Program-made: the position numbers and the translations under genes
The notes under the pieces: model-generated
Seen by the model: the letters and a program-made list of their open reading frames with translations, nothing else
What the model was told of the DNA's origin: nothing
The model's database searches: none
Assembly (NCBI GenBank): GCA_021613535.1
Contig: CP075495.1
Location: forward strand, 11,470,001 to 11,534,000
From: Adineta vaga
Lineage: Eukaryota > Animalia > Rotifera
Direction: 5' to 3'
DNA length: 64,000 nucleotides
Shown here: one piece after another, positions 1 to 14,920 of the stretch
Position numbering within the stretch: position 1 is the stretch's first letter
Layout of the letters: each line of letters begins with the position of its first letter

Positions 1-1850
<1,850 letters not shown>

Positions 1851-2215
1851 ACTTTTCTTTTCTTCTATTAAAACAAAATAAATGATGATAATAATAATGC
1901 TTTGATGTAATCGCAGACATTCTGCAAATTTGTTTCAATGAATAAAAATTTTGAATTCAATATTTTTCTTGTTTATTCGAGAAAGAAAAAACAAGCAAAG
2001 AAATGAGAATACAAATATACATTGTGATTACACTCACGATAAATGATGCACTGTAGCGTATTTAAAGAAGCACACGTAGAAAAACAAAGAAAATGATTAC
2101 ACAAAAACAACAACAATAAACACAAAAAAAAAGAAAAATATATATATGGATAGAAGGAGAAACAAGACGAACATATTCTATGATATTAGATTATTTCAAT
2201 TCGTTATTAGAAAGT

Positions 2216-5200
2216 TTATGTACATGATGATGCTCCCAAAATCTCATTAGGTGTTGTTGTTTGTAGAACTAAATGAAAAATAAATGATTCAAATAAGAAG
2301 AAAAAAAGAATAGTTTTCAATATACTTGTTGCTGATGTTGTCGCTACAATTGGTTTTTGTTTTCGAACAAAACCTTTGCGTTGTTTTTCAATTTTTACTA
2401 GCGCACTTTTGAGATTAAAAAAGACTTTTTGACAATCACGCATACGATCTTTAAGATGTGTTATACGTTCATCACCAGTTAAAGTATTATCTAAAGAATA
2501 AAGAATTGATTTCGAAAAATTTTTCTATATTTTTTGCTTTTCGAAAAACTTACTCAGATCAAGAAAATTATAACGACTTGGTTGATGTTTAAACATATCT
2601 TTCAATTGTTGACGCATAGTTATATTAGACGGCGAATTGGAACGATAATCTTCGTTTTCATATTCTAAATTACAAAAGTTTTTTTTTCTTCTCATTTTAC
2701 TAATCAGAAGAAAAAATTGTCTTGAATATTTACCTGGTTGATTAGCAAATCTTTTCCCACCACGTCTTCCTGCAGTTCGATTACGTTTAACTATAAAATA
2801 CAAGAAGTTTGTTTTTTTCAAAAACAAAACTCTAATTGATTTTATTTACTTGTTGTATTGTCTGATGTTTGTTGTTCAGTAGAATTCGATCTTGTTGATG
2901 TTTGATCTATATTTGTACTATTATCTCCACTAAGATCCATATTGATGCCAGCACTATTATCCAATTTTGTTCTTTTCTTTGCTGATGTTGATGATTCTTT
3001 TGCATTATTTGGTTCACGCAATGAACGTCGTTTTTGTTGCCGTACTGATGCACGACGATTACCAGTTGCTGTTATTGGTGATGAAGTTAATATATTACCT
3101 GATTGTGTGATAGAATCAGCTAGAAGAGATGTTGTTGGTGGTATGAAAGGTGTTTGAGATATTTGATGAGAAATTGTAGAACTGTCGATGGTCTCTTCTT
3201 TCATATGAAATGGATATTGATGAGCATGTTCATGACTAAATAATCAAAAGGTTAAGAATGAAATGCTAACATAGACATTACTTACAGATCAGATATTGGT
3301 AGAAATGTTTCTTCGACTTGTTCCATTTTGATATCGGATATTGTATCATTCTAAAAGAATTTTGAATGTTATTATATCTTATATGAGAACATTCTTTGTA
3401 TTTAAATGAGTTGTTTTCGTAGTATTTTACAGAGATGTGTATCTATATTCAAGCAATTCAGCTACGAAAAGTTCAGGAGATTCAATAGCCGACTTGTCTA
3501 ACTCAAATTATTTCTAGTACTCATATTAGTACGAAAAGTGGAAGCGAAGTTTTTTATATGTAAAAAAAAGAAATAACTTACTTTAGTATTTGATGATGTT
3601 GCTCTCGATTGTCTTCGTTTCGGAATAATATTTTTAATATGATCATCGCCTCGTAGTGATGCAGATCCATTACCATTATCATCGTTTGTTTCAAATTCAT
3701 CAGGTGTCGAGAGAATATTCTCATTATTACCTATAGATATACTTCGTCGAATACTTGTTGTTTCATCTGTTGGTAATCGATTTGTATCGGATTGATTGGT
3801 GCGAATAGTAGATGAATATGATAAAGCATCATCTTCTGTAGAAGAAATTCTTTCAACATGATTCCAAACTAATAGAACAGAAAGATATTTTTTATTATAT
3901 AGAAGAAAAAACTAATAAAGAATAATGGATTACTTTCACTTTGTCCTTGACTGTTATCATCAATATCAGATTCTTCGGTTTTGTTTGTTTCAATAGATAT
4001 AGATTTGAAAGTTTTATGTGATGGATCATCATCAACTAATGTCGTTGATGAAGTAACATCCGTAAGTAGTGAATGAGTGACTTGTTGCGGATGATTTTGT
4101 TCATTTAAATTTGATGAATTCGTCAAATCAAGATGTTGTTGTCGTATTGTATTTATTTGACTAGTACGACGTGGACGTTGTTGAAATAATGTATTGGCAT
4201 TTGTTGAATCTTTACGTTCGATTACACGATCTAACTTAACCCATTCATCATGACTAAACAAATGAAAATAAATAGTTTTTATTTAATAAAAGACAAATAA
4301 AATTTCATACCGAGAATTCCATCCCGTATAATGAACAAATAATTCTTTCTTGTCATCATTCTTTTCAATACATCTTGCTGGATATTGTTTCGTTCCATGA
4401 TTACCCCATGTTACTAATAATATATCATTTATTGATATATCTTCGTATGTTAATTGAGTATTGCGATTTGCTGATATATTATCCATTGCCGTTGATTGAT
4501 CAGTACTACTAACAATGAGAGGTAGGAAATTTATTGATGAATTCTTTCGAAAGGATACGATAAAAATATACCTAAATGTTTCGATACTTTCTTGAGATGA
4601 TATTGAACGTCGGGCTCGTTTTGATGGCGATAATTGTTCTTCTGCTTCAGATATTGATGATGTAGTATAAACAGATTCATAATTTTCATCTGAATGTGAA
4701 CGTTTATTTGAGGTTGATGGAGGCATTTCATTTTCATTCGTTTCTTTCACATTTGCCGATGAAGATGAAACTATAAACGGAACTTCCGGTAATTTCACTT
4801 CTAGCAAAGAAAATTCTCATAAATTTTGTTTTATAAATTTCATTGTTGACATTTTACCTGGTGTTGTTTCACGCGGAGAACTCGTACTTTGTGCAGTGCT
4901 AAGTGATGTAGGAGCAGTTGTTGTATCAATGGTAGAAGAAACAACTGGTACCGGTGGCGGTGATGGTGATCGTGATGTAGGTGCAACAGATAATGGAGAT
5001 ACATCGCGTAGAATAGTTTTTTTAATCGATTCAGCAAATGTTTGACGAGTTGGTGATGGTACATGAGGTTTTGTTTGTGAGTCTGAATTTGCTAAAATGA
5101 ATTATATCCATAAATATAGATTTTATCTTAGACTAATATAAATCAAACGAAGATAGAATAATTTACTTACATTTATTTGTTGATGTATTGTCTTGAATTT

Positions 5201-8200
5201 TAGGTATCTTACTAGCACCTTCTTTTGGTACTTGTTTCTTCGGTATTTTATCCAATGGAGTCGCTGGTTTCTTTCTAAATTATGCAGAGAAAAATGAAGA
5301 GATTTCTTATTGTTTATATTGGCTTACGTCGAATCATTGTTCGATGATATTTTTGGAATTTTCATTGTTGATGCAGCTGATATTGGTTTAATGATACTTT
5401 CTTCTTGACTAGTTAGTTTCGACTTTTTAACAGGTGTTGAAGCTGATCGTTCTTGTGAAACAGTTTTGGTAGAGGAAGTATTGCATTTTGTTGATTTAAC
5501 TTGTCGAGAATCAATTGCTGTTGATGATGATGAAGTTGGTTTTGAAAGTCCTGATCGATCCTTATTATTGTTATTCGTATTCGTTGATGTTTGTGATTGA
5601 CTTGTTTTCGGTTTGAATGGTAATATTGATGATGGTGTTTTATTGCTTGGCGTTGTCGTACTTGATTTATTCGATTCATGGGATGATGATGATTGTTTTT
5701 GTTGTTGAGATGTTTTTGTTATTTGAGAAGATTTAGGCGGTGCAATGACAGGTTTTTTAGTTATTGGTGACGAAATTGTTTTGGGTTCAGTTTTAATTGG
5801 AACAGATTTTGTTTCGGGTACTTTCTTCTTTTCATCTTTATTTGACAAGGTCAGATTCGTTTTCTTAACTGATTGAACTGCAGATGAACTGCTTGATTGA
5901 CTTTTTGGTTTTGCAATCGGTATTGTTATTGTTAATTTTGATTGTTTATTGTCATTGTTTGATGATGATGATGATGAAATTGGTTTGGTATTGGTAGAAA
6001 TTTTCTTTACATCAGTTTTTGTTGAAGTCGACGATGATGTTGACGGAGGATTTATCTTTTTCGGAATATTTGATGAGGATATGGTTGATTTTTTTGTTGG
6101 CGTTTGTGGAGGAGTAGCTTTTGCTTTCGATTTCTTATAATGCGATGATGACGAACGACTTGATTCATCATCAGATGTTTCACTTTCTGATTCACTTTTC
6201 GAATCAGATGTACTTGATGAGAGAACATTAGAAGGTTTACTTTTATTTTGACCCTTTCGATTTGATATTGCCGATGACTTAGATGCGGCTTTTTTTGCTG
6301 AAGAAGTTGCTTTCGAATCAACAGATGCTCGAGATTCATTACTCTTACGAGACTAAATGGAAAATACGGAAAAAATATATGTTAAATGATTCGATCGTTT
6401 GTTTTATCGATAACATACTCTTTGTTTAACAGATGCTGGTGATTGTTTTGATTTTGTTGGTTTCTTTTGATTCTTTTCTTCTTCATGTTGCTGTTGTTGT
6501 CGTGCTCGTATTAAACTTCGTCGAGAATCACTACCCAAACTAGTACGACCACCCAAATAAGCACTTGGTGCATTCATTGAACCTAGTTTCTTCGAAAGGT
6601 CCTCATATGCAAACAGATATCTAAAGAATAATACAATTGACATAGTTATTTTGAGAATCGTTCACTCTTTACTTTCGATATGCTTGTCCAATTGATCGAC
6701 CATTTTCCGATGAAACTTCATCGGGTAAACCCATTTTAATATGAATCATTTCCCATTGATCATTTTTTGTTACCTAAAACAATACATCTCCTTACTTTTT
6801 TACTTTTTTGGGAAAAAAGTCAATAAACAAACCTTATTATAACCACCAAACATACGAACAAGTTTAAATAGACGATGAAGATCAAGATCATAATTTTGAA
6901 CTTTAGGAATATTGTTTATTGGTGTTCCTGAAAAGAAAATCATATATATGTATATATGTATATATAAATGAATACGTTCTCTGTTCAAAATTAAAGTTTT
7001 TTTTGTATTAATTTAATGCAGTTTGATCTTTATCTGTTAAATGATTGATTAACAACGTTAGATCATTTCAAAACAAAGTGTAACATGCTGAGAAGCTCAC
7101 AATCATAGATATTACTTAAATGATTTATCAGAAAAGAAAGAAAGAATGAATACTGACTAAGATAATTTGTCAAACTGTTCAACTAAATATATAGGTCAGT
7201 CGGAATCTTATAAGATTTTCAATAATCTTTCTTCTTATGTTTTATTTCTTTACTTTACCTCGATCATCCATAAATGCGAATAATTGTGCAACAAATGAAT
7301 CTTTTTCTTCAGTTGTTTCTTCATCAATATCATCGTCTTCATCATCTGATTCACTTGAGCTTGTTTCACTTTCACTACTATCTTCATCGTCACTTTGACT
7401 ATTTTTATTATCAGACTTTTGTTGTTTTCGTTTCTTCTTTTGCCAAACAGCTGGAATATGATTATATTTAATAAATTTTTCACATGCCTGTGTTGCTTGT
7501 TTCGATGTTGAACGACATAAAGCTTGTATATCTTGATTATTTTGATAAGGTTGAACATCATCACGTGTATGAACAATATATTCTCTTCCATCAACAAAAC
7601 TTCTTACCCACATATAATCAGCTAATGCTTTACGTTTAAGTACTAATGCTGGAAAAACAGGTTGATCATTATTGCCCTGTCGTTTAATTGCAACAATAGA
7701 CGATATGTCATTCATATTCGTATTTGTTGTATCTGTTGATGCTGTAGCTGTTGTTGATGATGATGATGGTGGTGGCGGTGATGTAGATGTTGCTGGTGTC
7801 GATGTTGTTGTTGTTGTCGGAATTTCTTCGAGAATTTTCTGTTGTCCATATTGATTTTGATATAAACGAATACCTTGTAAACATAATGATGAACGTCTTA
7901 AAGATTTTTCATCTCCATCGTTGAAAACAACAGTGTAGATACTATTGTCAATGATTTGTTTAATAGTAGCTTGTTTTTCATCCGGATTTGTCGGATTGAT
8001 AAATGCTGCTAGACCAGTACGTGAATAGTGATGATGAGAATTTGAATCATTCGATTGACGACGATTTGATGAATTTAAACGTATCGTTACTGTACTACCA
8101 ATACGCAATGAAGCTGAATGAACTATTTGTTCTTCTGATATGGTTATTGTATCACCACTATCGACTAATGTTACTTTTAATTTAACTTGTTTTTCAATGG

Positions 8201-8461
8201 CTTTCACTTGTGCTAAATTGAAGGAAAAAAATAGCAAGCATGAGGTTTTTGTTCTCATTGTAGATTGAAAATAAATTTACCTGAACAAAATGCTCCACGA
8301 TATTTCGCACTAACTGAACATCCAATTGGAAGATAAGCTAATTCAGTTGTTGGATTATGTGATGATGATGAACTTGTGTTAATATCATTCTTGGTTGTCT
8401 CATCGGTTTGCATGGATGGAGGCGGTGAGGATAATGCACGACTATCTCTGTCACCGTGCAT
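2216..8461 (-). CDS. ARID4: ARID4A/B (RBBP1)-like chromatin protein: N-terminal Tudor, ARID, chromobarrel, C-terminal coiled coil
   Basis: YLPIGCSVSAKYRGAFCSA and YTVVFNDGDEKSLRRSSLCLQG (ARID4 Tudor). FVAQLFAFMDDRGTPINNIP..DLHRLFKLV (ARID). FVHYTGWNSR (chromobarrel). C-terminal ERITHLKDRMRDCQKVFFNLKSALVKIEKQRK. Confidence 0.92.
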
Positions 8462-9101
8462 TCAGATAAACATAAACTCTAAAAAAGAATAAAATAAAAT
8501 ATGATGGAAAGTTATTTTTTTCTTATGAACTTTTCGATTAATTGATAGATTTAAGTAAACAATGAATGTTTCATTTGTAATCTAGTTTAACTTACTTCTT
8601 GACTGTTGAGCTAAACAATAAGACTCTATTTTGATCGATAGAAATAAAATGAAGTAAGGGAAAGAGAGAGAGAGATAGAGAAGAGAAGACAGAAGAAAAG
8701 AGAAAAAAACAATAACCATTACAAGCGACAAGTATAAAAAGAATGGAAAGAAAATTTAGTATATCATTGGATGGCTAATGAAACGTATGATAACCATCTT
8801 CGATAGATGGCAGTTGTTTAATATGTTTTATCCAGTGTCTGTATAAAAGCTGTTGAACGCTAGTTTTCGAACAAAAAATAAATGAATCAATTTTTTTGTC
8901 AATGTCATTTGAAACATATGTTGGTAATACGACCTGATCGATTTTATAGACGCGCCTAATATTCGATTTTTGGTCAAAGATTTTTCTTTTAAGAAAAATT
9001 ACTTATGTTTGTTTTATTCATTTCCGATTGAAATTTTTTATTTGATATCAATTATTGATGAATATTTTCTTTTCATTAGTTATAAATAGCGGTGGTTAAA
9101 A

Positions 9102-10408
9102 ATGGTATTCACTGCTCCTGCTGTTCAATATTCAGCATTAGCTACACGACCACCACAACTAAGATTATCGAAAAGTCAACAATATATTAAGTATACAACT
9201 AATACTCGATTCAAATTCAATCGTATATTAAGAAAATTATTCTTCAATGATCCTCAGGGTGAATCTATTCATCTGTCTGAAAACATTTCGTGTATATCTA
9301 GAACTATAGACAATGAAAACATTAATAATACTTCGCTAATAAATGAAAATCCTAATAATAACAATAGTGAACATCTTGAGGGTGTTACACAAGACTTGAT
9401 TAGATCTATGCCATCTTTAAATGAATCTTCAGAACGATTACCATTTACCGAACCTTATTTGTTAATACCAACCAAAGATGAAAAACTTCCTCATTTACAA
9501 CTATCGACTTTTCAAAAACATTGTATTCATCAAAAAAAGAACATAGACGATGAACAATGCGGCACACAAAATTTTGTAAGATATATTTAAAACGATAAAG
9601 AATTATTCATTTTACTTATATAAGAGTGAGATAGATTACCAGGAAGTATTGTATCTGATGATTATTCCTCGGAGACAATGTATTTGACACTCTCCTTCCC
9701 TATCAATTAAAAGTTAAACAGTCTAATACTAATTAGAGATTACGTATAGAAATGTCTCCTCTGATCATAGCAAACAGAAATACTAAAAGATCTCGTCAGG
9801 AAGAACTATAATTGACTTTATTTCAATTCTAGATTGATCGACCACATCAGCTAAAATTCGATCAAAAACTACCGATGTCTACTCCAATATCATCTGCTTC
9901 TACATCAATTGAAGATTGTATTGGATTACAATATGCTTGTCGAAAAACTTCCCTTACAAATAGTCATATTCTTCGATCATCACATGTCCAACAACAATCA
10001 ACACATCTTCGACGTTTACATAGTAAATCAAAAGTACGATCGAATTCAAATTTCTATAAAACTTTTTCTAATGCACCACGAAAGAAATCTTTGACATCAT
10101 CAATTGCTCATCGAATCGAATTACTTAAACAAGCCATGGAAAATAATGAACTTGAAGTTCATCAACAAAAATTAGTGAAAAACTCTACTTTGAAATTATC
10201 ATCATCTACTTCACCAATTAATATTATTAATAAACAAACACAAACAAATACTTCACAATCTCAACTTTCAGAAATTCATTATATTCATCATCATCATATT
10301 CATTCATCTTCAATGTTATCTTTCGAATGGCGAACATATTTATCCGTTATTGGAACAATCATTCTTCTTATTCTTCTTTTCATGCAATTCATAACAATTC
10401 ATTTTTAA
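9102..10408 (+). CDS. Uncharacterised Ser/His-rich protein with a C-terminal transmembrane (tail) anchor; internal exon boundaries unresolved
   Basis: Long ORFs 9102-9590 and 9875-10408 are linked by small intervening exons. The protein ends YLSVIGTIILLILLFMQFITIHF*. No family recognised. Confidence 0.6.
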
Positions 10409-10627
10409 AAGAAATATTGAATTATTTTGTCACAATAAAATATAGATATGTATGTATTTGGTTATGTTTTTATCGAAATTTTAATACATATCACAATAAT
10501 TGAATAAGAAAAATATTATGAAAGAAAAATCAACATGTTTATTTTTAGTCTGTTCTTTTGCTGTTAAAAATAAGAAATAAAACACCGGGGTTTCTAGTAT
10601 CCAAATTACTATAAAAGCAGAGGTCTA

Positions 10628-13600
10628 TTACTCTTGATTCGTTGAAACAATTGCTTGTGTTTGTTGTTGATTCAATTGAAAATTAATCGTATCGTTGATC
10701 ATTTGTAAACGAATCCTTAATGATCGAGAAGCAAGCGCAGTATATTGAAGAACTGATTCAATTGGTAATAAATTTAACATAATCCACGTCCATTTAGGTC
10801 CATCAACTAAAAAAACGATAGAAATATTATCACGAAAATTTTTATTGTTTTACATCTACCACGCATGTATGTACTCGTTTCTTTTATAAAAGAAAGCTAT
10901 GTATGTCTTATATGTTTGACATAGAAATTGTTTTTTTTTGTGAAAACTATATCGTATACTATTCAGTTATTTCTAACATTGATCTTTTGACAACTCGAAA
11001 TTCTAACCTGAATTTTGTTCTAAATCATCACATGGTGGATATTCTTCAAATTGTTGTGATATCACATATTTCATATGTGTATCAAGTTGATCAAACCATT
11101 GACGAACACAATTATATGTATCTCGATTAAGTTGAAATAAATCTAATCATTTTCAAAACAAAACAAAACAAAATGAATCTTAATCAATTTTCACTGCAAA
11201 ACTAAAGCATACCATCAAATTCATGTTGTTCAACAGGATAATCGTGAATCAATTCTACTTTAGCTGTATTATAACCATCTCTTGTTCCACGTTCAAGTAC
11301 ACGAAAACGACGTTGTCCAATTGTATCAACAACCGAACGACCATCAGGTGTATACACAAGACCACGAATATATAATAATGTTCCATAATCAGCAAATGTA
11401 CTATAGAGAATAGAATGATACTTATTAAAATGAGATTAATAGTTTCTTACCTTGTATGTTCATCATATGTACACATTCCAAATGTACGTGATTCTGTTTC
11501 AATAGTTCGTCGCATCATCAATCGATAACGTGGTTCAAATACATGTAATGGACATGTACAAAAAGGTAATGTTAGAACACATACAAATATTGGTATTTCA
11601 GTAATAATTGATTCAGTTTGGTTGATTATTGATCGTGGAATTTCAGCACTAAAATCGAAGATTAATGAATTGAATCAAAGAGAAATCTTTCTAATATCAA
11701 ACAATTTACCCTCGAACATTCTCTTGTTCATAGATTTGTTGTCGTTCATTGTATTCAGTTGGAAAATATGTTTCAATTAATTTTGAAATAGTTTCAGTTT
11801 GATTCACATATGAATGTATTAACAAAGGAAAAAACTAGAGCAAATAAATTATCAAAATAAACTTTCATTGAATAGAATCATAGTTACATCTTCCAATGAA
11901 CTTTTACATATTGGACACTGAGATTGAGTATTGTCTACAGAACGAATAAGGCATTCACGACAAAATACATGTCCACATGGAGTTGTAATTGGTATCCATA
12001 ATAAACTAAACAGAATAATTAGAAGAAAAAAACATAATTTTGTAATATAATTGAAAATATTTATCTTACTTAACACATATTGAACATTCAAAATCTCTTG
12101 CATAGAAATTTTTATAATCAAATTGTGAACAAAAACATGCCTCTGATAATTCTAGAAGATTCTTTTGTGAAAAGATGAATAAACCGAAATTAACTTACGA
12201 GTCGATTTACACATAGTAATTGTAGAATGTTCTGTTGCTAAAAGGAAGAATCAAATTAATTCATCTATAATCGAATATATAGAAATCGTTGTCTTTTCAG
12301 ACATTTCGGATTAGATAGTTCTCTGTTTGTTATTACTTACATAGCATTGTGAGGGTGTCTGAATTTCAACAATCAATTTAATTACAAAAACAATCGGTGA
12401 CATCAATAGAATACCTAATGAAAATTTATTTTTCATTTCAGAGGATTTTATCATGTAGTGATTTAATCTTTTAAACTATCTAATAAGTTTTTGTCAGGAA
12501 ATCACTTTTTTTTTCTCAACTATGTCTTATCACGATCAAAATAGTTTAGTAAAAACATTTTCTACTTATTCAACCGTAATTTATCTTACATATTACGCAT
12601 TTGTTTTAAATTCATGCAAACACTTGATTCTTACCGGAAGTAGTTGCTTCGATATTTTCATCATTAGATGATGAAGTTATATTAGCATATTCTTGTTCTA
12701 TCATTATGTCAGTGTGATTATCATTATCATCAGCATGTAATACAGCATGTAGATGCTTGAAGAGAAGTATATAATTAACGATGAAAAATTCTTTCGTAAA
12801 CTTACTCGAGCCATTATCTGTTTTCCAATTGAATCATCAGGATCAATGGCAAGTGCCTTCATTGATGATCGAAGAGCAGCAGTAAAATATTTCTTTTCAA
12901 ATAAGATTTCACTTTGAGAGAGATATCCCTAGAAAAAATAAAAATTTTTCTTCGTTTTTTTTTTCGTATGAAATTTCGAGAAAGATTATTCTTACTTTTG
13001 CCCATTGAGGTTTCAATGATACCACGCGGTTAGCATCTAAAAGAGCTTGATGAAAGTCTTTCAAAGCTGCATATGCTTTTGCACGATGATATAATGCCAA
13101 ATGATCATTATTACCTTTAATAAATGTTCGAAAAAGAAGTCAATGTTACAAAAGAAGATTTTCTTATTTTTTCTTACATTGATCAATAATATGTGTATAA
13201 ATATCGATTGCTTTTTGATAATTATCATTGGAGAATTCTGTTTGTCCTTTATAACATGAACGAATCATATCATATTTTGCTTTAAATGTTTCTGATCGAT
13301 CAAATAATTGTTGAAGAAAACGATTTTTCTTAAAAGATTTTTCTCGAGCATAAACTATTGATGATTTTACTTGTTCTTGAATATTATCTGGACATCGTGG
13401 ACAATTTGTTGTCATTGAAAATTCTTCATTTTGTATACAGTGATCACAGAATGTATGTCCACAATAGAATGTTATTGGATCATAGATTAAATTTTGACAA
13501 AATAAACAAATTAATGGGCAATGTTCAGTATTGGATGATATACGCGGTGTTACGGACATTTGTTGTATAGCTATTTGTTGACAAATCGGTTCAAGTTCAG

Positions 13601-13781
13601 TGATTGTATAGGATGAAAAACGTGATCCAGATCGTTTTAGATCATTTACTATTTGATAAATGGGATCAATCGAGGGTGAATTGATCGTTGTATGATGACG
13701 TAATTTTTGTTGTTTTCGTTTTATTCGTCGACGAGTCAACCGAGTCTTTCTTACTGTGGAATAATTGTGTACAGGAAACAT
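10628..13781 (-). CDS. LONRF: LON peptidase N-terminal domain and RING finger protein (RING-TPR-RING-LON), E3 ligase
   Basis: RING1 CLFC..CGHTFCDHC..CPRC, TPR ALYHRAKAYAALKDF, RING2 TPCGHVFCREC..CPIC. LON-N domain PIFVCVLTLPFCTCPLHVFEPRYRLMMRR and DGRSVVDTIGQRRFRVL. Stop at 10628-10630. Confidence 0.93.
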
Positions 13782-14920
13782 AATTGTGTAAGCTGATATA
13801 GAAAAGACATTCGATCAAAAATAGTTGTATCTACTCAAATGATAGAAAACCTTCTCTGTTTTCACTTGCACAGTGTTCTTAATATGGGTTTACACAACTT
13901 TTACATAGAACAAACGGTTACGTGAGCATTGCCTGTTCGCTCGTTCTTCAAATCGTTGATTTTTCTCGTCCTTCTCGTTCTTTATTTTGTTTTGTTCTGT
14001 TTGCTTTTCCTTTTCCTTCTGTTTTCCTTCGACTGATTACAACATCACGAGTGTTATATAACAGACAGACTTATGTAACTGAGTTCACTGAAAACTTTTA
14101 GCATCGTTATAACCTTTCTTTATTACGAGAAATTTTTCATAAAACTTGGAAGAAAAACTAAGTATCTTGTTTCCGCCATTCTTAAATATTCTTGTCATAC
14201 CTTTGTATACCAAGAGTATCTTTGCTCGCATTCATCTATTTTTACAAAGGGAGAGGGAATAGCAAAGTACCCAATAAGTAATGAATACAAAATTTTTGTC
14301 ACAATATGAAGTATGATATAACTAAAAGTACGTGGGGAAACATGTTGCAATGATTATCAAGAAAATTTCATCAACAAAAGTATTATATAATCAGTTATAT
14401 TACGCGCCTTTTTTTTCAAATACTTTGTTCCTATTACCTTGAAAGGAAGAAAAAAAACACCTATAAACTAACAAACCAATGATAAGGTTATATAAAAAGT
14501 ATTCTAATTATACGTGTTCTTTTATACTTTAAGAGCATATTATGAAACAGTTGATTGATGAAAGTCAACTTACTTTTATTATTGAGAAGAAATCAATAAC
14601 CTTGAATAAAATCAAATGAATTGTTTATAGGAAAAAAATCATTTATGTTGATTGAAATAAAAATATCGTTGGTTCATATCTGAAAAACAAAGAATGATCA
14701 GCTGTGGGCTTATCTAACAAAATGAAAAAGATTTTCGTTGAATAAATGAACACAAAAACAAAGCACACATTCAATTTCTTTTCACTAATACAAGAAAAGA
14801 AAAACAAATTGAACAAATTAGATATTAAGAACAACGGCATAGAGATGTACACACATATATGAAACAGAAGAAGAATTTGTTCGTTTATTTTCACAGCACC
14901 GTATCTTCACGGGTTATTAT

